Below are positions 25,419 through 38,400 of a stretch of 64,000 bases of DNA, in pieces. The stretch's first letter is position 1. Each line of letters starts with the position of its first letter. Source of the stretch: Eledone cirrhosa. Lineage: Eukaryota. The stretch covers positions 333,250,001 to 333,314,000 of the forward strand of contig OZ024740.1 of assembly GCA_964016885.1 (NCBI GenBank). The letters are read 5' to 3'. The notes beneath the pieces were generated by a model. That model was not told the DNA's origin, made no database searches, and saw only the letters and a program-made list of their open reading frames with translations. A program made the translations under genes and the position numbers.

Positions 25419-26075
25419 CTAGTTAAGCAAAAGAAGACCACAAATTTCACAAGGAAAACATTATTAAAAGATTGTCAACATATTGTTGTTAGTTTAATGT
25501 AAGGAATGTAAATAATAATAATAATAATACTAATAATGTCCGTTACAACTGTGTCGTTACTCCATATAATGTTCCTGGATCAAATAATTATAGATCATTA
25601 TTGATCTGGTTCAGTTGAAGATAATTAACTTAGGTAAAATTGGAGCAGTTCATCGGAACTTCAAAAGGAATAAAAATTAAGGTAAAAAAAGATGTTTACA
25701 TGAAAGTAATCTTCCATATATTGGTATTTCACTATGGTAGCCTGGGTATATCTATTGTCTGCCATAGGCGAGCAATATTCTTCTGTCGAGGCTGCATTAT
25801 GTGAGATCTGCCTATAATCATTTAATCCAGAATCATTATACGGAGTAGCGAAACAATTGTAAACGGACGATTGGCAGTATCGGTAGAGGGTCGGACGCCA
25901 TGCTTTCCAGCATAGTTACGTCCCTTTGCGATCTGAGTTCAAATCCCGCCGAGGTAGACTTTGCCTTTCATCCTTACGGGGTCGATAAAATAAAGTACCA
26001 GTAATGCACTTGGTAATTGCTGGCCTTGTGCCTAAATTAGAAACAATTATTAGTATTATTATTATTATTCTTTAC
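25415..26075 (-). mobile_element. PLE pLTR (family of 18520-19240) with degenerate HHR 25541-25659 and inverted piece 25815-26075 interrupted by a SINE
   Basis: Reverse-complement match to 18928-19230; GAAA mutated to GACA. Confidence 0.75.
25869..26051 (+). mobile_element. SINE family 1 copy nested in PLE pLTR
   Basis: Interrupts CGGAC/ATTATTAGTATT, which is contiguous at 19201. Confidence 0.88.
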
Positions 26076-26274
26076 AAAAATATGTTTACAATATTTTAAA
26101 TGAATATTTTCAGTTCTGTGCACCTAACCTCTGCATGAAGCCAGCCACCTAGCTGCCTTCCACTGCATATTGCACGTTGAGCACATGCCTTTACACTTTG
26201 GCTTCTAATTCACCAATCTCTCTTCTCCTCTCCTGTCTCCATCTCTCTCTTTAAGATTGGTTACTCTTGAACTG

Positions 26275-26339
<65 letters not shown>

Positions 26340-26342
<3 letters not shown>

Positions 26343-27470
26343 CTGAGATCCATGCACGAGTTCTCTGCAGCGGTCTTTGTCCCTCACTATCGCTGCCATG
26401 TCCTGCGTCTCCAACAGACCAGTGTCTGCCGTTAGGGCATCAACATACGTTAACCTTGGTCTTCATCTTCCAGTGTGTCCATGTAGGGGCTCCCACAGGA
26501 GCACAGAGTCCAATGTCAACTCTGGATGTCATTGAGCATGTCCAGCTAACCTCAGTCTCCTCTGTGTCACATTTGTGCTGACTTTTTCTAGGCTCCCATA
26601 GAGATATGAGCTTTTCATCCTCAGTGTATACTGATTAATCTTCAGAGCCATCCTCAGCATTCTCGTGTAACACCAATCCACCATCTGAGTGAGATTCTTG
26701 GTCAGTGTCCAAGTCTCAGGCCCGTACAGCAGCACAGACTCTACTACAGCAATGAGGAGGCGGATTTTCAGGTCTCTACGAAGGTCCGATTTCCACACCG
26801 ATCTCAAGTTGTGGCACGCCGCCCAGGCTTTGCTTTTCCGCTCAACCACATCATCTTCCGTATTCCCAATCTTTGCTCCCAAATACAGGAAGTCCTCAAC
26901 CAATTCAAGCAGCTTCCCGCCTACATTAGTAATCACCTCTGGCTTCTCAACATTCTCTACCAGATATTTTGTTTTAGTCTCATTCATTCTTAGCCCCACA
27001 CTCATCGACATCGTCTCAACCTCCCGCATCAAATCCTCTGCCTCCTTCACTGTATTTGTCACCAAAACCATGTCGTTGGCAAATTCAGCATCAGATATCT
27101 TTTTCGCGTTAACTCTCCTGTTCTGAGCCGGTGCTACAGTAAAGCCAGAGTCCTGATGATTCTCCAGTGCAAGGTGAATACAATAGTCCATTACGATGAT
27201 AAAAAGGTAGGGAGCCAATGTATCTCCCTGGATCACGCAAACCAGTATCACAAAGAACACTGTTATCCCATCAGGTGTAATGTCTTGGGCTTTGGTGTTG
27301 GTGTAGAGCAGTGATATCAGGTCCACTATCGTCTTGGGGATTCCATAAGCCTGTATGATCTTCATCAGGCAGTGACGGTCCACAGAATCAAATGCCTTCC
27401 TAAAGTCAATGAAGACCATGGCCGCAGGAAGGTACTTTGCTCTAGCTCCCTCTAATATCTTCCTCAGCAT
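26340..27470 (-). mobile_element. 5'-truncated RTE-like LINE, RT domain, pseudogenised
   Basis: FIDFRKAFDSV, VIQGDTLAPYLF, EFANDMVL (YADD degenerate), FLYLG, LLYGPETWTL, RRLRLAGH. Confidence 0.9.
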
Positions 27471-28061
27471 CGTTATCGAGTATGGCCATTGCACCTATAC
27501 CATTATTAATAATTGTTAATTAATTCTATCGTGCAATGCCTATGCATGAAGATTTTTTTTTAAAGTGAGGAAAGATTGCTCTGAGCCAATCCCACTCTTG
27601 AGCGACAGTAGCTATACCCCGTAAAGAAGAAAAGATCAACATCATCGGTAACTGCCGAGTCGCATGTTTTATGTCGGAGTTATCCCTATTTCCTGAGTTG
27701 CCTTCTAGAAGAATGCACTGATAAAGGCTAGGGTTCCTTCAATCCCTGTTCTTTAACCGCGCGATCGGGTTTCCAGCCTCACTATTTGTATGTCCCGTGC
27801 ATATACATACACACATGCATATACACATATACATATACATATGTACATGTGTATATACATATTTACACATGTTTGGATGGACGTGACTCTTATGAGTTCT
27901 TCCTACCTTTGTCAGGTTTGGATTTTTTGTCCAGCAGGGTGTCCAAAGTCACCCTTCTCAGCAAGTTATCTGGGAGGGGTTGCCGCTTTAGTCGTCGATG
28001 ATGCGACCATGCGACAGTTTGTACTGGGTTACATGTTACCAGTAACACTTAAGAGTGACCC
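27471..28061. repeat. Second copy of the 21029-21601 repeat
   Basis: Collinear match. Confidence 0.75.
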
Positions 28062-28396
28062 GACATATACATACATACATACATACATACATACATACAT
28101 ACATACATACATACATACATACATACATACATACATACATACATACATACCAAATTTGTGAATGACACAGAGGCACATAAAAGCACCTGAGGAATTCACA
28201 AGGGGAAAAGCCCCAGATTTTGGCAAATGAATTCAGTATGTGTTACCATGCAAAAAATTGCATAGATAGCACAAATTGAATAAGCTCACAACCGGCTGGT
28301 TTTTAAAGTAACTTATACAATTAACCTGTCTATATATATATATATATATATAAAGGATATCAATATCCCCACAGGTACTAAGTACCCCTGGAAATA

Positions 28397-28472
28397 TTTC
28401 TGAAGATCCGAACATTTCCATTGGAAGTCCCTAGGATTCCCAATCTTTTGTGAGGTGAAACCGTCGGTAAAA
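28397..28472 (+). ncRNA. Type I hammerhead with extended stem II
   Basis: TTT-CTGAAGA-TCC..ACA..ATTGGAAGTCC(CTA)GGATTCCCAAT..TGT..GGT-GAAA-CCGTCGG-TA-AAA; lies in a ~210-bp insert between (TA)n tracts. Confidence 0.65.
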
Positions 28473-28556
28473 GCAAAAGGAATAGGTGAATATTTAAATT
28501 ATATTTTTTAATTTATTTTAAAAAAATGTTTGAATTTGGCTTGCTCCAGTTGTCTC

Positions 28557-28654
<98 letters not shown>

Positions 28655-30256
28655 ATATATATATATATATATAGTGTAAACATAGTTCTCCGTGTTTGAT
28701 AACATAATTTACTCATCTTATATTACTAAAGATGTTTTTGTTTTTCAAAATATATTTCGTAGTTGTTCCAAAGTATTGTCACAAAGTATTGTCACATCAA
28801 TATACACATTTTGTATGTGTTAGAAAATGCGTATAAAATATGCTCCATGACAGCAATTTCCCTTTAAAAAAACATACTCTGAGAGTGCTCGTTCCTCCCT
28901 TTTTTATGCTTAAACATTGCTCTTGTTCTGAAATATGCGCTCAGGCATTGCATTTATATTCTTTTAATCAAAAACACTAAAATCAACATATGTAAATCGA
29001 AACTGCTGCAAAGATTATTGCCTTGTAGTTATTTACGCACACAAAAACAAATAAGTAGATTTGTTAAAATGTTTAGCGTTCGCAAATAGCAATAGCATGG
29101 TGAATGATACAGAATTACACACTATGAGTTTCCAATCGAATCGAGATATATCGAGTTACATGTCGTGTTCCATTTTTAATCCATTCAGTTATATGAAGAC
29201 GTACTTTGATGAATCACAAACGCAATCGAGGTATTACTTTAATATATTTTACGAAAATAAACTAATAGTGGTTTTCACATATACTTTGTTAGAATCACTC
29301 AAAAGAACATACAGACACGGAGGGCTGCATTTACTTGCAAGACAATTAAAATAAATGCTATTTACATCCACTAACATGTAAAGTTATTCCTAACTTTCAT
29401 TCATTCGAATAAGAAATTTTTTCAACTAAAAGTTTCCCTTCCACAAATAGATATTCTGAAGAAAGCTTCTTTTCATGATAGACTCGACAGAATGAACATC
29501 TATTAATTTACTTTTGTAAAGCTCAGCACTTTTATAAATGTACCTGTCATATCAAATGAGAAAGAACTGTTTAAATATCATATGTATGTGAGCGAATGTT
29601 CTGAATAGTTAAGTTACTATGTACATTTATATCCGGATATCATGAATATAATCAATATTTAACGCACTACTCACAGTACCTTTCAAAAATACTTCTTTAC
29701 TTCACTTCTGTATCGGTGTTGGAAATTTGTCGATTATATACAGGTATGTAAGTATGTATGTGATTGTGACATATAGCTGCTTATTCATATATACCTAGAG
29801 AAACCCACACACATAAACACACATGAAGCCAATATTTACACAGTGTTACTCTTTATTAATCAAAATTTAAAAACATAAACATTGCAACTTGAGCTAGTGT
29901 TTCTTGGTTAATGTTTTTTCAACATGTCGTCATTTCATCTTGTTTTTGTTTTGTTAATGTAAGATTGGCATCTGCAAGGTGGGAAGGGTTACAGAAATGG
30001 GATTTTTATACGCTGAGAAGCAAAGCAAATCACATCAAAACTCAAATGTAAATATACAAAATAACCCAAATGCTACAAGGATAGACGAACATAAAGAGGA
30101 AAGATAAGGCCATAAAAAGATTTTTATATATATATAAAATCGTAGGAAATTTCATTCTAATAAATTATATTCGTGTGTGTAATTGCACTTACACATATGC
30201 ATCACTCTCACTCGCCCCTGTGTATATATATATATATATGAACACAGGGAGAACAA

Positions 30257-32480
30257 GACTGATTCTGGTGAGGAGGTCCTCTGTACTGTCACATACATCT
30301 GGGGACATCTTGATTATGGGGCGTAGTATAACCATTGAGAGGAAGTAGGAGATCCTGTAGTTGCTAGCTATATTTGCTCCGCATACAGGTCTTGTCGGGT
30401 CGTCGACTGTCTTATGGTCTTTGCGAAGCCCATACAAGGGTGGTGTGCCAAGGGTGGACAGTACAGAGGACCTCCTCAGCAGAATCAGTGAGTGCAACAA
30501 AAACAGGAACCTATCCAACTGCATAATAGGCAGCATGGATGTGGTATCACTGTACCCATCCATTAACATTGATTTTGCTGTGGAAAAATGTGTGCAGATG
30601 ATCATTGAGAGTGAGGTGTAGTTCTGCGACGTCGACACAGACGAACTGGGCCTCCTACTTAGACTTACCTACGACACTGACTACCTAGACAGCCATGACA
30701 TTAGACGTTTCTGCCCCAGTAGACCCATAAGAGGTAGACCCCCAACATAACCTCAATGGCTAAAAAGACTCCCATGGGAAGGTGGATTTGGTGGACCAAA
30801 GCTATACGGACCCCACAAAACAATGATCAGGTAAGAAGAATGGTCGTACATGCAATAGGGTATAGTATCAAACCTACCCTAAAGGGCCACATATTCAAGT
30901 TCAAAGAAAAGAGTCTACACCCAAAATGAGGGAGCAGCCATTGTCGTCAGCATATCTGGTGACGTTGCCAACTTTTTTTATGGTATGGTGTGAAAGGAGA
31001 CTTAAAGATCTCCTTAATGAGAGCTCCATATACCTCATCATGTACTCTCGTTACGTAGACGATATCAATATAGTTATGAGACCCACAAGAGAGCACTAAC
31101 AAGTTTGATTTAGAACGTAGCACAATGGAACGCATCCATAAGATAGCTAATTCCATACACCAGAGTATAACTGTTAATATCGACTACCCTTCCAAACACA
31201 CTAATAATAGACTACCTGTATTAGACACGGAACTCTGGATTAACGCTATAGACGAGAGAGCCCAAATTCTCACTCACACTATGCTAAACCAATGGCCTCC
31301 AAATACCTGATACTAAAAAACTCAGCAATGTCCAGTAGTGCTAAGTTTAATATTCTGATCGCAGACTTGGTACGAGTGATGAAGAACGTGTCCCGCATGT
31401 GCGACCCAACAGAAATGGAAAGACACATCCAACACTTCATCAACCGCATGCAGTCCTCTGGCTACAACCAAAGAGACAGAATCAGAGTATACGAAGGAGC
31501 CACGGAGAAGTATAAGACATGAAATGGACATGAAAGGAATTTTCCCATTATACAGGAGCAAATCATGGAATAGCTTAGATAGGGCTAGACATAAGATAGG
31601 GAAAGCCACCTCATGGTATGACAACCAGCGATACCAGAGTGTCATGTTTGTGGACGCTACCCCTGGAGGGAAATTAGCTAACCAGTGTAGAAAAGCCCTG
31701 AGAAAGACCCACTTAAAAATAAAGGTGGTAGAAAAGCCGGGAACCACCATAAAATCCCTGATCAGCAAAACTTACCCTTTTAAGAAAACCCACTGTACTA
31801 ATAGGAAATGTATCATATGTAAGGTAAACACCCGCATAAACTGTAAAACTAGAAACGTAGTCTATAGCATAAGATGTACAGAGGGTACTTGCCGAAACAT
31901 GACAACAACATACATAGGCGAGACAGCTCGTAGCATAGGTGAAAGGATAGACCAACACTGAGGGGAACTAAAGGGACGAAAAAACGGTTCAGTACTATAC
32001 GAACATGCCAGACAACAACACGACGGTAACATAGACAACATAGAAATTAGAATAATATCTAAACATAGAAATGACCCAGAAGATAGGCAAATCAGAGAGG
32101 GCAGTGAAATAGAACTTAGAAGGCCATGTCTAAACATAAAAAATGAATGGAATAACAACAACATCCAAACAAACAACACTGACCTAGGAGAAGTATAAAT
32201 AAATTTTTAAATAGATAAATAAATAAATAAATACATACACAAGCCCAATAACAACAAACACATATAAACACACACTAGTAAAGATAGAATACATTAACCA
32301 ATACTCAGTCACCTAATCACGAAAACACATCAAAGAAGACACTATACCACACGCAAACGCATGCGCAAAGAAGACAAAATAAGATAGACAAATAAATAAA
32401 TATATAAACAGACTAAATAAAGATGGCGTAGAAATTACAATGCAACGGGAGGAAACAATAGCACCACTGACGATGTTGCA
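30257..32480 (+). mobile_element. Decayed PLE (RT plus Cys-linker plus GIY-YIG) with 5' inversion
   Basis: GSMDVVSLYPSI, YSRYVDDINI, LPVLD, CTNRKCIIC..CKTRNVVYSIRC..YIGETARSIGER; stops and frameshifts; 30257-30448 inverted (PPLYGLRKDHK..PTRPVCG). Confidence 0.9.
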
Positions 32481-34475
32481 GATGTATTTAAATACATTGA
32501 CATCCTGTCTAAATTTCCTCTTAGACATAATACTAATGTTAGGCCAAACATTAACAAATCAGAAATGTCTGCACTTAAACGTATACAAAATGATAAAACA
32601 ATAATAATTAAACAAGCAGATAAAGGGGGTTCAGTTGCTATAATGGATACTGAATACTACAAGGATTTGGTTGAGGAACAACTGAAAGACACAACATTCT
32701 ATCATGAAATACCGTCAAATATAGACCACAACATCATGAAGAAGATCAACAACCTGGCTTCAAAATACCACAACTCATTTACTGATAAGGAAAGAGACTA
32801 CATCACCAATTTTGAGCCGAAACCCAGTAACCTGTATGGCCTACCGAAAGTTCACAAGTCAAAAGAAATACAACTGGCAGTAAGAGAACAAAACAGTGAG
32901 TACATTAAATTATTACACCCAAAAGACTTAAAACTTAGACCTATTATAGCTGGTCCAACATGCCCCACTCACCGTCTAAGCAATTTTGTTGACATTATTT
33001 TGAAACCACTATGTATTCACATACCCAGTTTCATCCGGGATGATATCGACTTCCTGTCCCATCTTCCCAAAACCACGGAAACGAATTCACTTCTACTCAG
33101 TTTTGATGTGGTAAGCCTTTACACCAACATTACACATGATTTAGGAATAAAGGCGGTTAAATACTGGGTGGAAAAACATAGAGAAGTGATTCCAATTAGA
33201 TTCACAGCGCCATTTATATTAGACGCAGTTAAACTTATTCTGGAAAACAACACTTTCTTCTTCAATGGAAAGAATTACATCCAAATTAGAGGCACAGCGA
33301 TGGGAACGAAGTTTGCTCCCGTTTACGCGAACTCTGTAATGGGATACTTAGAACAACAACTCTACCAAGAAATAGAGGAAAAATATAGTACTGACTTTAG
33401 AAAGTACATTGAAAAATCTTGGAAGAGATACCTTGACGACAGTTTCATCATCTGGACAGAATCTCTAGATACTCTGGATGAGTTCAATATCCTCCTGAAT
33501 AACCTACACCCATCTCTCCAATTCACAAAAGAGATGAGTAAGACCAAATTACCATTCCTAGATATAATGATAATCAAAAACGACACCACCATTACCACGG
33601 ATATATATTATAAACACACAGACACCCATCAATATCTGAATTTTAAGTCGTGCCATCCACCTCATACAAAACGCAACATCCCATACTGCCTAGCCAGAAG
33701 AATTTGTACCATTGTAGAAGATACGAATACCAGGTACAAACGCCTAACAGAACTAAGAGAATTTTTGCTCAAACAAAAATACCCATCTCTACTTATAGAA
33801 AATGGCATACAGCGGGCTATAAAAATACCTATACAACAACTTAGAACAACCCAAGGAAGAAGAAACCAAGAACTGGTCATACCATTTATAATGACACACA
33901 ACCCATGTCACCAGAATATATTCAACACTGCCAAAGCAAACCTACCGATCATTGCTCAAAGTAATGAATTAAAAGGCTTAATCACAGATCGATCTTTGAC
34001 TCTTAGTAAAAGACAGCCAAAAAATGTGAAGCAATTGCTAACAAAAGCAAAGTTTGACCTTAACAACAAAGACCAATCATTCACTGTATCTAAATGCAAT
34101 GATAATCAATGCGGCACATGTCAATCCATACACGCCGGTCAATATATGAAAACAAAAACTGGAAAAATATTCCCAAATGCAAATATGAATTGCAAAAGCA
34201 GAAATCTAATTTACTGCATTAAATGCCCGAATTGTGAAGCACTATATGTCGGTCAAACTGGAAATGCACTATCGGAACGTGCACGGGTACACCGTCAACA
34301 AATCAGAGACCCAAATATCCGTCAGATACCCCTAAGCGGCCACCTGGCAACATGTGGTCAGGGAATATTTATAATATTCCCATTCTACAAATTACACAGC
34401 CCAAGTGAAATCAAGAGAAAAATCAAAGAAAAGAATTTTATTGATAAATTTAAACCCAAGCTAAATGAACAATAA
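32481..34475 (+). CDS. Neptune-type PLE polyprotein (RT plus GIY-YIG), uninterrupted, 5'-truncated
   Basis: IIIKQADKGGSV, LYGLPKVHK, RPIIAG, FDVVSLYTNI, GTAMGT, RYLDD, LPFLD, CNDNQCGTC, NLIYCIKCPNC..YVGQTG...R, FKPKLN; frame is open from 32481. Confidence 0.93.
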   Translation, partial: DVFKYIDILSKFPLRHNTNVRPNINKSEMSALKRIQNDKTIIIKQADKGGSVAIMDTEYYKDLVEEQLKDTTFYHEIPSNIDHNIMKKINNLASKYHNSFTDKERDYITNFEPKPSNLYGLPKVHKSKEIQLAVREQNSEYIKLLHPKDLKLRPIIAGPTCPTHRLSNFVDIILKPLCIHIPSFIRDDIDFLSHLPKTTETNSLLLSFDVVSLYTNITHDLGIKAVKYWVEKHREVIPIRFTAPFILDAVKLILENNTFFFNGKNYIQIRGTAMGTKFAPVYANSVMGYLEQQLYQEIEEKYSTDFRKYIEKSWKRYLDDSFIIWTESLDTLDEFNILLNNLHPSLQFTKEMSKTKLPFLDIMIIKNDTTITTDIYYKHTDTHQYLNFKSCHPPHTKRNIPYCLARRICTIVEDTNTRYKRLTELREFLLKQKYPSLLIENGIQRAIKIPIQQLRTTQGRRNQELVIPFIMTHNPCHQNIFNTAKANLPIIAQSNELKGLITDRSLTLSKRQPKNVKQLLTKAKFDLNNKDQSFTVSKCNDNQCGTCQSIHAGQYMKTKTGKIFPNANMNCKSRNLIYCIKCPNCEALYVGQTGNALSERARVHRQQIRDPNIRQIPLSGHLATCGQGIFIIFPFYKLHSPSEIKRKIKEKNFIDKFKPKLNEQ

Positions 34476-34852
34476 TAACGCCTAGGGGTATTATTTCTAC
34501 TACCAATATGACCACGACCACTAACAACAACAACAACAACAATAATAATAATAATAATAAAAGTGATGTTGATGGTGATGATTAATAGAAAATGGTATTT
34601 TCATCATTTCAAAAAGCAAAACAATTGATACGTTGGGTATGACTATTGGTCGTTAGCATGCTCAACCAGCCGTGACGTCTAAACCAATCAGCTGTAGTAA
34701 TTCAGTGAAACTACACACTGATTGGTCGAAATACAGTTTACAGGGCTTTGCATTCTGGAGCCACTTTTCTCTGTATAAAATGTATAAAAGGTAGTAAATT
34801 TACCCATCTCATTACAGTTGAAAATTGCAAACTCGACTGTCACCACATATCA

Positions 34853-34891
34853 TGAACCTGAAGATTGCGAAAGCATGAAAGTACTTGTTCA
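34853..34891 (+). ncRNA. Minimal type I hammerhead in pLTR
   Basis: TGAAC-CTGAAGA-TTGC(GAAA)GCAT-GAAA-GTAC-TT-GTTCA; palindrome AAGTACTT; identical at 49155-49193 (-) and 49266-49304 (+). Confidence 0.8.
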
Positions 34892-34933
34892 ATTAACACT
34901 TAGAATTTAATATTCTATCATACTATTTCATTC

Positions 34934-35108
34934 TAATTGTTTCTTCTTTTGGCACAAGGCCAGCAATTACCCAGTGTATTACTGGTACTTTATTTTATCG
35001 ACCCCATAAGGATGAAAGGCAAAGTTAACCTCGGCGGGATTTGAACTCAGAATGGCAAGGGCCGTAACTCTATGCGTCAAAGCATGGCGTCCGACCCTCT
35101 ACCGATAC
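34934..35108 (-). mobile_element. SINE family 1 nested in Neptune pLTR
   Basis: TSD ATACTATTTCATT at 34920-34932 and 35105-35117; the empty site is seen at ~49333. Confidence 0.9.
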
Positions 35109-35242
35109 TATTTCATTATAATACCATATTATATATATTTTAAAGGATTGAAAATAAAACGAGTAAATCAGACAAAGTTGGAATTCCTCTTATTAATATA
35201 ATCTTCTATACACAATCATACACACCCGTGTATATTTACCTA

Positions 35243-35298
<56 letters not shown>

Positions 35299-35320
35299 GA
35301 GAGAGTGAGAGGGGGTGGAA

Positions 35321-35462
<142 letters not shown>

Positions 35463-38400
35463 GTGCAAATGTGTAAGCGCAAATACACACACGAATATAA
35501 TTTTTTAGAATGAAACCTTCCTGAAACAATGACTTATTTAAGAAAACATACTCATCGACTCCTGTTGCACCCACATTTATTTCCCACATACTATATTCTC
35601 TCATATCTTCACACTTATTTCTTTCCTGACGAATGAACTCATTTACGTTGGAACATGAAATCACTCACTTTTCCACACCTGTGTATGTTTGCATTTATGT
35701 ATATGCATGTGCGTATGTGTTTGTATGTGAATCTGTGAGATTGTGTGTTCGTGTGTAGGTGAGCATGTATATATTCTGTGTATAGACAACGTGCATACAG
35801 AAGCATATTACATGTAATGTTCAACAATGTGTATATACGTATATTGAAACAAAGTATCTTAACGCGCCATTGATTTATCGGAATAGCTTCAAAATGATTC
35901 ATATAGATGTATATGTAAATTCTATTCAATTAAGCTGTTAATAAAGGTGACTATGTTCGTAGTGATGACCATTATAATTGATATTTGAACTTAGAAGAAA
36001 ATGTTTTAAAAAGCTGAATCTCTCACTGCTGATATTCATATCAATTTACCTCCCCAAACATGTAACATAAATCACTTTGCCGCTAACGTACTCAAAGGTT
36101 TTTACATCTAACAAGTTCTATGAATCGTAAACAAGTTCTGCTTCAATACGAACTCCAAGGGTTATTTTTTAATTGTAATCTTTGAGATAGCGTGCAATTT
36201 ATTCACACCTATACGCACTGAATGAGGCAAAGTTTTTATTTTATCTGTTTTCTTCTCTCCGCTTATATATTTTGAAGGCAATCTTAGCTACATTAATACT
36301 CGCATTACATTTTCACTGATTAAGTGATTCGCACCTGATTAAGTGATATGCACTCTCATATTATATCAATTTATTCTTGGTAATTATCTCACGCACTTTG
36401 CTTTACGTAACTTCAAAACTAGACTTATCTCCCGGTTGGGAAAAGCGTCCACGCCAGCGAGGTAAGGAAATACTGTTGAAACCGCAAATCACGATACCAC
36501 GACTAAGCAGTTGCTATCACCACAGTTTAGACTTGCGTGTTTCAAGATCATCGATACATCCACCAACAAGTATATTTTTTATTGTAATTTTGTTCTTATA
36601 TCAGCGTGGCGGGGAAATCTAGCTAAGGACTGTCATGTTACGTTTATATTTATCCGATTGGTAACATAATCGTACTGACACCATACATTTAGCACAATTT
36701 AGTTCCTTGGCTAAATGCTCATTCAACTCGGAAGACAGAGGATCCTAGATCGTCTTTTGCTTATTTGTTATACGGGGATGCAACAGGATCAAACGTTTAT
36801 CCATATCACACATATATAATTTCTTATGTAATGTATGTGTCTAAAGGCACCCGTGCTACATATCTTTCTGTATGGTTCCCATTCACGGTACACATAAACA
36901 GGTTTTAGCTATCCAAACATCTGGGATTTATCTGCTAATATCCTTCTTAACCGACAATAAATGACGATGAAATGAAGGATTTCTTCGTTGTTTAGACATG
37001 TGCGAAAGTAGCATTGAATATTGTGAAATAGTTCCTAAGCGTGACATGAGTTGAACATGCGCCCATATGTTTCAAGCACATTTACATGATACCGTCCCCT
37101 TTCATAGACAGATAATATGTACAACTCGAGTATTTTCAGGTATTCATTTGTTTCTACTGGATAACATTCAGCTTTGTTTCAAAGTGATTTTCTATAATAC
37201 GCTGATTACGGTGCTCACCATGATGACTCTTCCATATTATTTGGGGTTTATTCTAAGTGAAAACTTCTAAATCTAATAAGTAATCGTGCTATTCTCTACG
37301 ATATTTCAAAATGTAAGAGCCGGCATTTTATAGTTTTTTTAATTGTATATACCATCGAATCGTTTAATGTCTCTCTTCTCAGACATATAAAGACAATATT
37401 TCACACATGTGTAAATTTTAAGAAACCTTTATCTAATTTCATAACTCAGAGACAAAAATCTAGTGTTTTAAACAGATATTATTGTTTCCTATTATTGTTG
37501 AGCTCATTATATAGAAACGTAATATAGCACAATACCAAGGTGTTTTCTTGAGACTTAAAGGTATGCATGCAATAAACTTTAGATATGTATTTAACCGGTA
37601 GGTTGGGGTAATGGAATAATGTTTATAACCTCTAGAACTGAAAACGATTTAATTGGGACATTTTGTCATCAGAAAAGATTTTTGTCGACATACAATTTCG
37701 ACATGTTATTTCACTTATCATTTTAGATTGCTAACATAATCCAACTAAAATCTACAATAGTATTCTTCTCACCGAAATAACTCAAATAATTGAAATGTTA
37801 TTAGTCCTTTTAAATACCTATTATTCTTGGTATATACCGATGACGTTTTGTAATATGTTTTGGACACAGATTGCCAAATGGTAAGGTGCCATTTTCACAA
37901 TTGCGAAGTCTCGAGTGTGATGACATTTGGTTGGCATCTTGATCAATAATCATTTACCAAAGCCCCGAGTCGATTTCTGAATTAAATTGACGTGGCGGAA
38001 ACTGTTTCGAAGCTTCTCGGATGGACTAAACCTCTAATTCAAAAGGTCAAGCTTGCTACGTATATTTCCACGTTGAAGCTACATGAGAATTAAATTAAGG
38101 GTACACAGTCTGAGTTATCGCCAGCCACTTACACCTTAATTTCAGGAGCAGGCTGCTTCGTTGCTCGGACAACTGACACATTGTCTAAAACAGAAAATGT
38201 ATATCTATTTTTTATGCTTGTTGTGTAAAACCTTCCTCAGCATGTTGGACCATAATAGTTTAACGTATTAGTGTAGATTTTATTGATACCAGAAGCTTTT
38301 TATATTACATGGACTGACTCCAATGGAGGATTAATGAGATAATTATCAAATACGAAACTTATAACTACCAAACCCATAAATATTACAGAACCCGATCTGC

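Larger units (their letters stand above)
34476..35198 (+). mobile_element. 3' UTR/pLTR of the Neptune element
   Basis: 34814-35198 (minus the SINE) matches 49037-49396; contains HHR. Confidence 0.85.

Noticed and set aside
31958-31961. In-frame TGA in the GIY-YIG region as possible selenocysteine
   Set aside because: The sister copy has TGG (QHWGELK) and this copy has other stops and frameshifts; simple decay.
37860-38185. Very old SINE-like remnant
   Set aside because: Similarity too faint to bound or classify.
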